DNA from: Convolutriloba macropyga
Lineage: Eukaryota
Length of the DNA: 64,000 nucleotides
Direction of reading: 5' to 3'
Assembly (NCBI RefSeq): GCF_964194025.1
Contig: NC_134472.1
Coordinates: 46,066,001-46,130,000, forward strand
The notes below the pieces were generated by a model. It was not told the DNA's origin. It was given only the letters and a program-made list of their open reading frames with translations, and ran no database searches. The position numbers were made by a program, and so were the translations under genes. Shown one piece after another: positions 63,242 through 64,000 of the stretch (positions are counted from its first letter, which is position 1; each line of letters begins with the position of its first letter).

Positions 63242-63739
63242 CATTTGGAAACGGCATCTTCACAGACTGCACTGAAGCCGATATTGAGAGCCCAGAGTTT
63301 TGTGCAGCAGTAGTGGCATCGCATGTGTACGACACTGGGGATCTGTGTCAAGACATCACTGTCAGACCAAAATGCCTCTTCAGCTGTTGTGCGTATTACT
63401 ACGCCACAGACGAACACACTCCGGAATGCCCCGATCCCCTGGAACCCGAGAACTGTCGGAACCTCGTGGACGTGTACCCTTATGAAGAGTGCTTCGAGAA
63501 CTATCTCGAAGATGAATGTGACATTAACTGCCAGCTCACGTGTTGTCTTCTGGAAGAGGCCAATGTTCCGGTGAACCCTGGATGCTATGACAGGGATGAC
63601 AATGGTAGACAGGGATACTGTCTGACCAATTGCCAGTCGGAGGATGACTGCCAGACTGATAAGTGCAAAAACAAGTGTTCGTTCACTTGCTGCGTCATCC
63701 ATACTGATCCAGGAACAGCTGAAACTCCAAAGCCTACAG
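63242..63739 (+). CDS. Lectin/ShK-like protein, exon 2 (gene continues beyond the window)
   Basis: TTTACAG acceptor at 63241, phase 1 compatible; three more CxxTCC/SCC modules; donor GTAACA at 63740. Confidence 0.85.
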
Positions 63740-64000
63740 GTAACACATCTATCAAAAGTTTGTAACCATAAACTAAATATTTATAGTTACCGATTTCAAA
63801 AGTTTGAAGAGCTCTGCTCTATTCTACAATGGCACATTTGAAGGTTCAATATTATGCTCCAAATTTCTCCGAAAGTTGTAAACTTATTAAAATCATGTTT
63901 ATTGACAAAAAGTGCATGCCCCAAAGCTGAATCACGAGGAACACATCAAGTTTGGCGAATTAACAAGTTGATCCAGACTTCTATTTAGGGCCATCGGGTG

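Noticed and set aside
63046-63702. 218-aa minus-strand ORF and other antisense ORFs over the lectin and THOC5 exons
   Set aside because: Shadow frames of real + strand coding exons.

Overview
AT-rich, repeat-dense, intron-containing eukaryotic DNA, most likely from an invertebrate animal; the species cannot be determined from the sequence. Three host genes lie on the + strand. (1) A two-pore channel 2 (TPCN2) orthologue with six recognisable coding exons (6086-21970), whose N-terminal exon(s) were not found. (2) THO complex subunit 5 (THOC5), four coding exons (38459-43127). (3) A secreted protein with a C-type-lectin domain, one canonical ShKT domain and at least 13 variant ShK-like modules ending in adjacent cysteines (60177 onward, running off the window). 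The rest is mostly transposon debris: a decayed APE-RT LINE carrying a Mutator-type MITE, two CRE-type fragments, two decayed Ty3/Gypsy copies with ~1-kb LTRs, TA-flanked MITEs, and many non-autonomous Helentron/DINE-1-like elements of two subterminal-inverted-repeat (subTIR) classes, one subfamily carrying a tRNA-derived module. There are also several recent tandem duplications and a 1.6-kb polypyrimidine tract. The most notable items are the lectin/'CC-ShK' array protein, the modular Helentron-like system, and altered gate and voltage-sensor residues in TPC2. All homology calls come from recalled family motifs, not from database searches.
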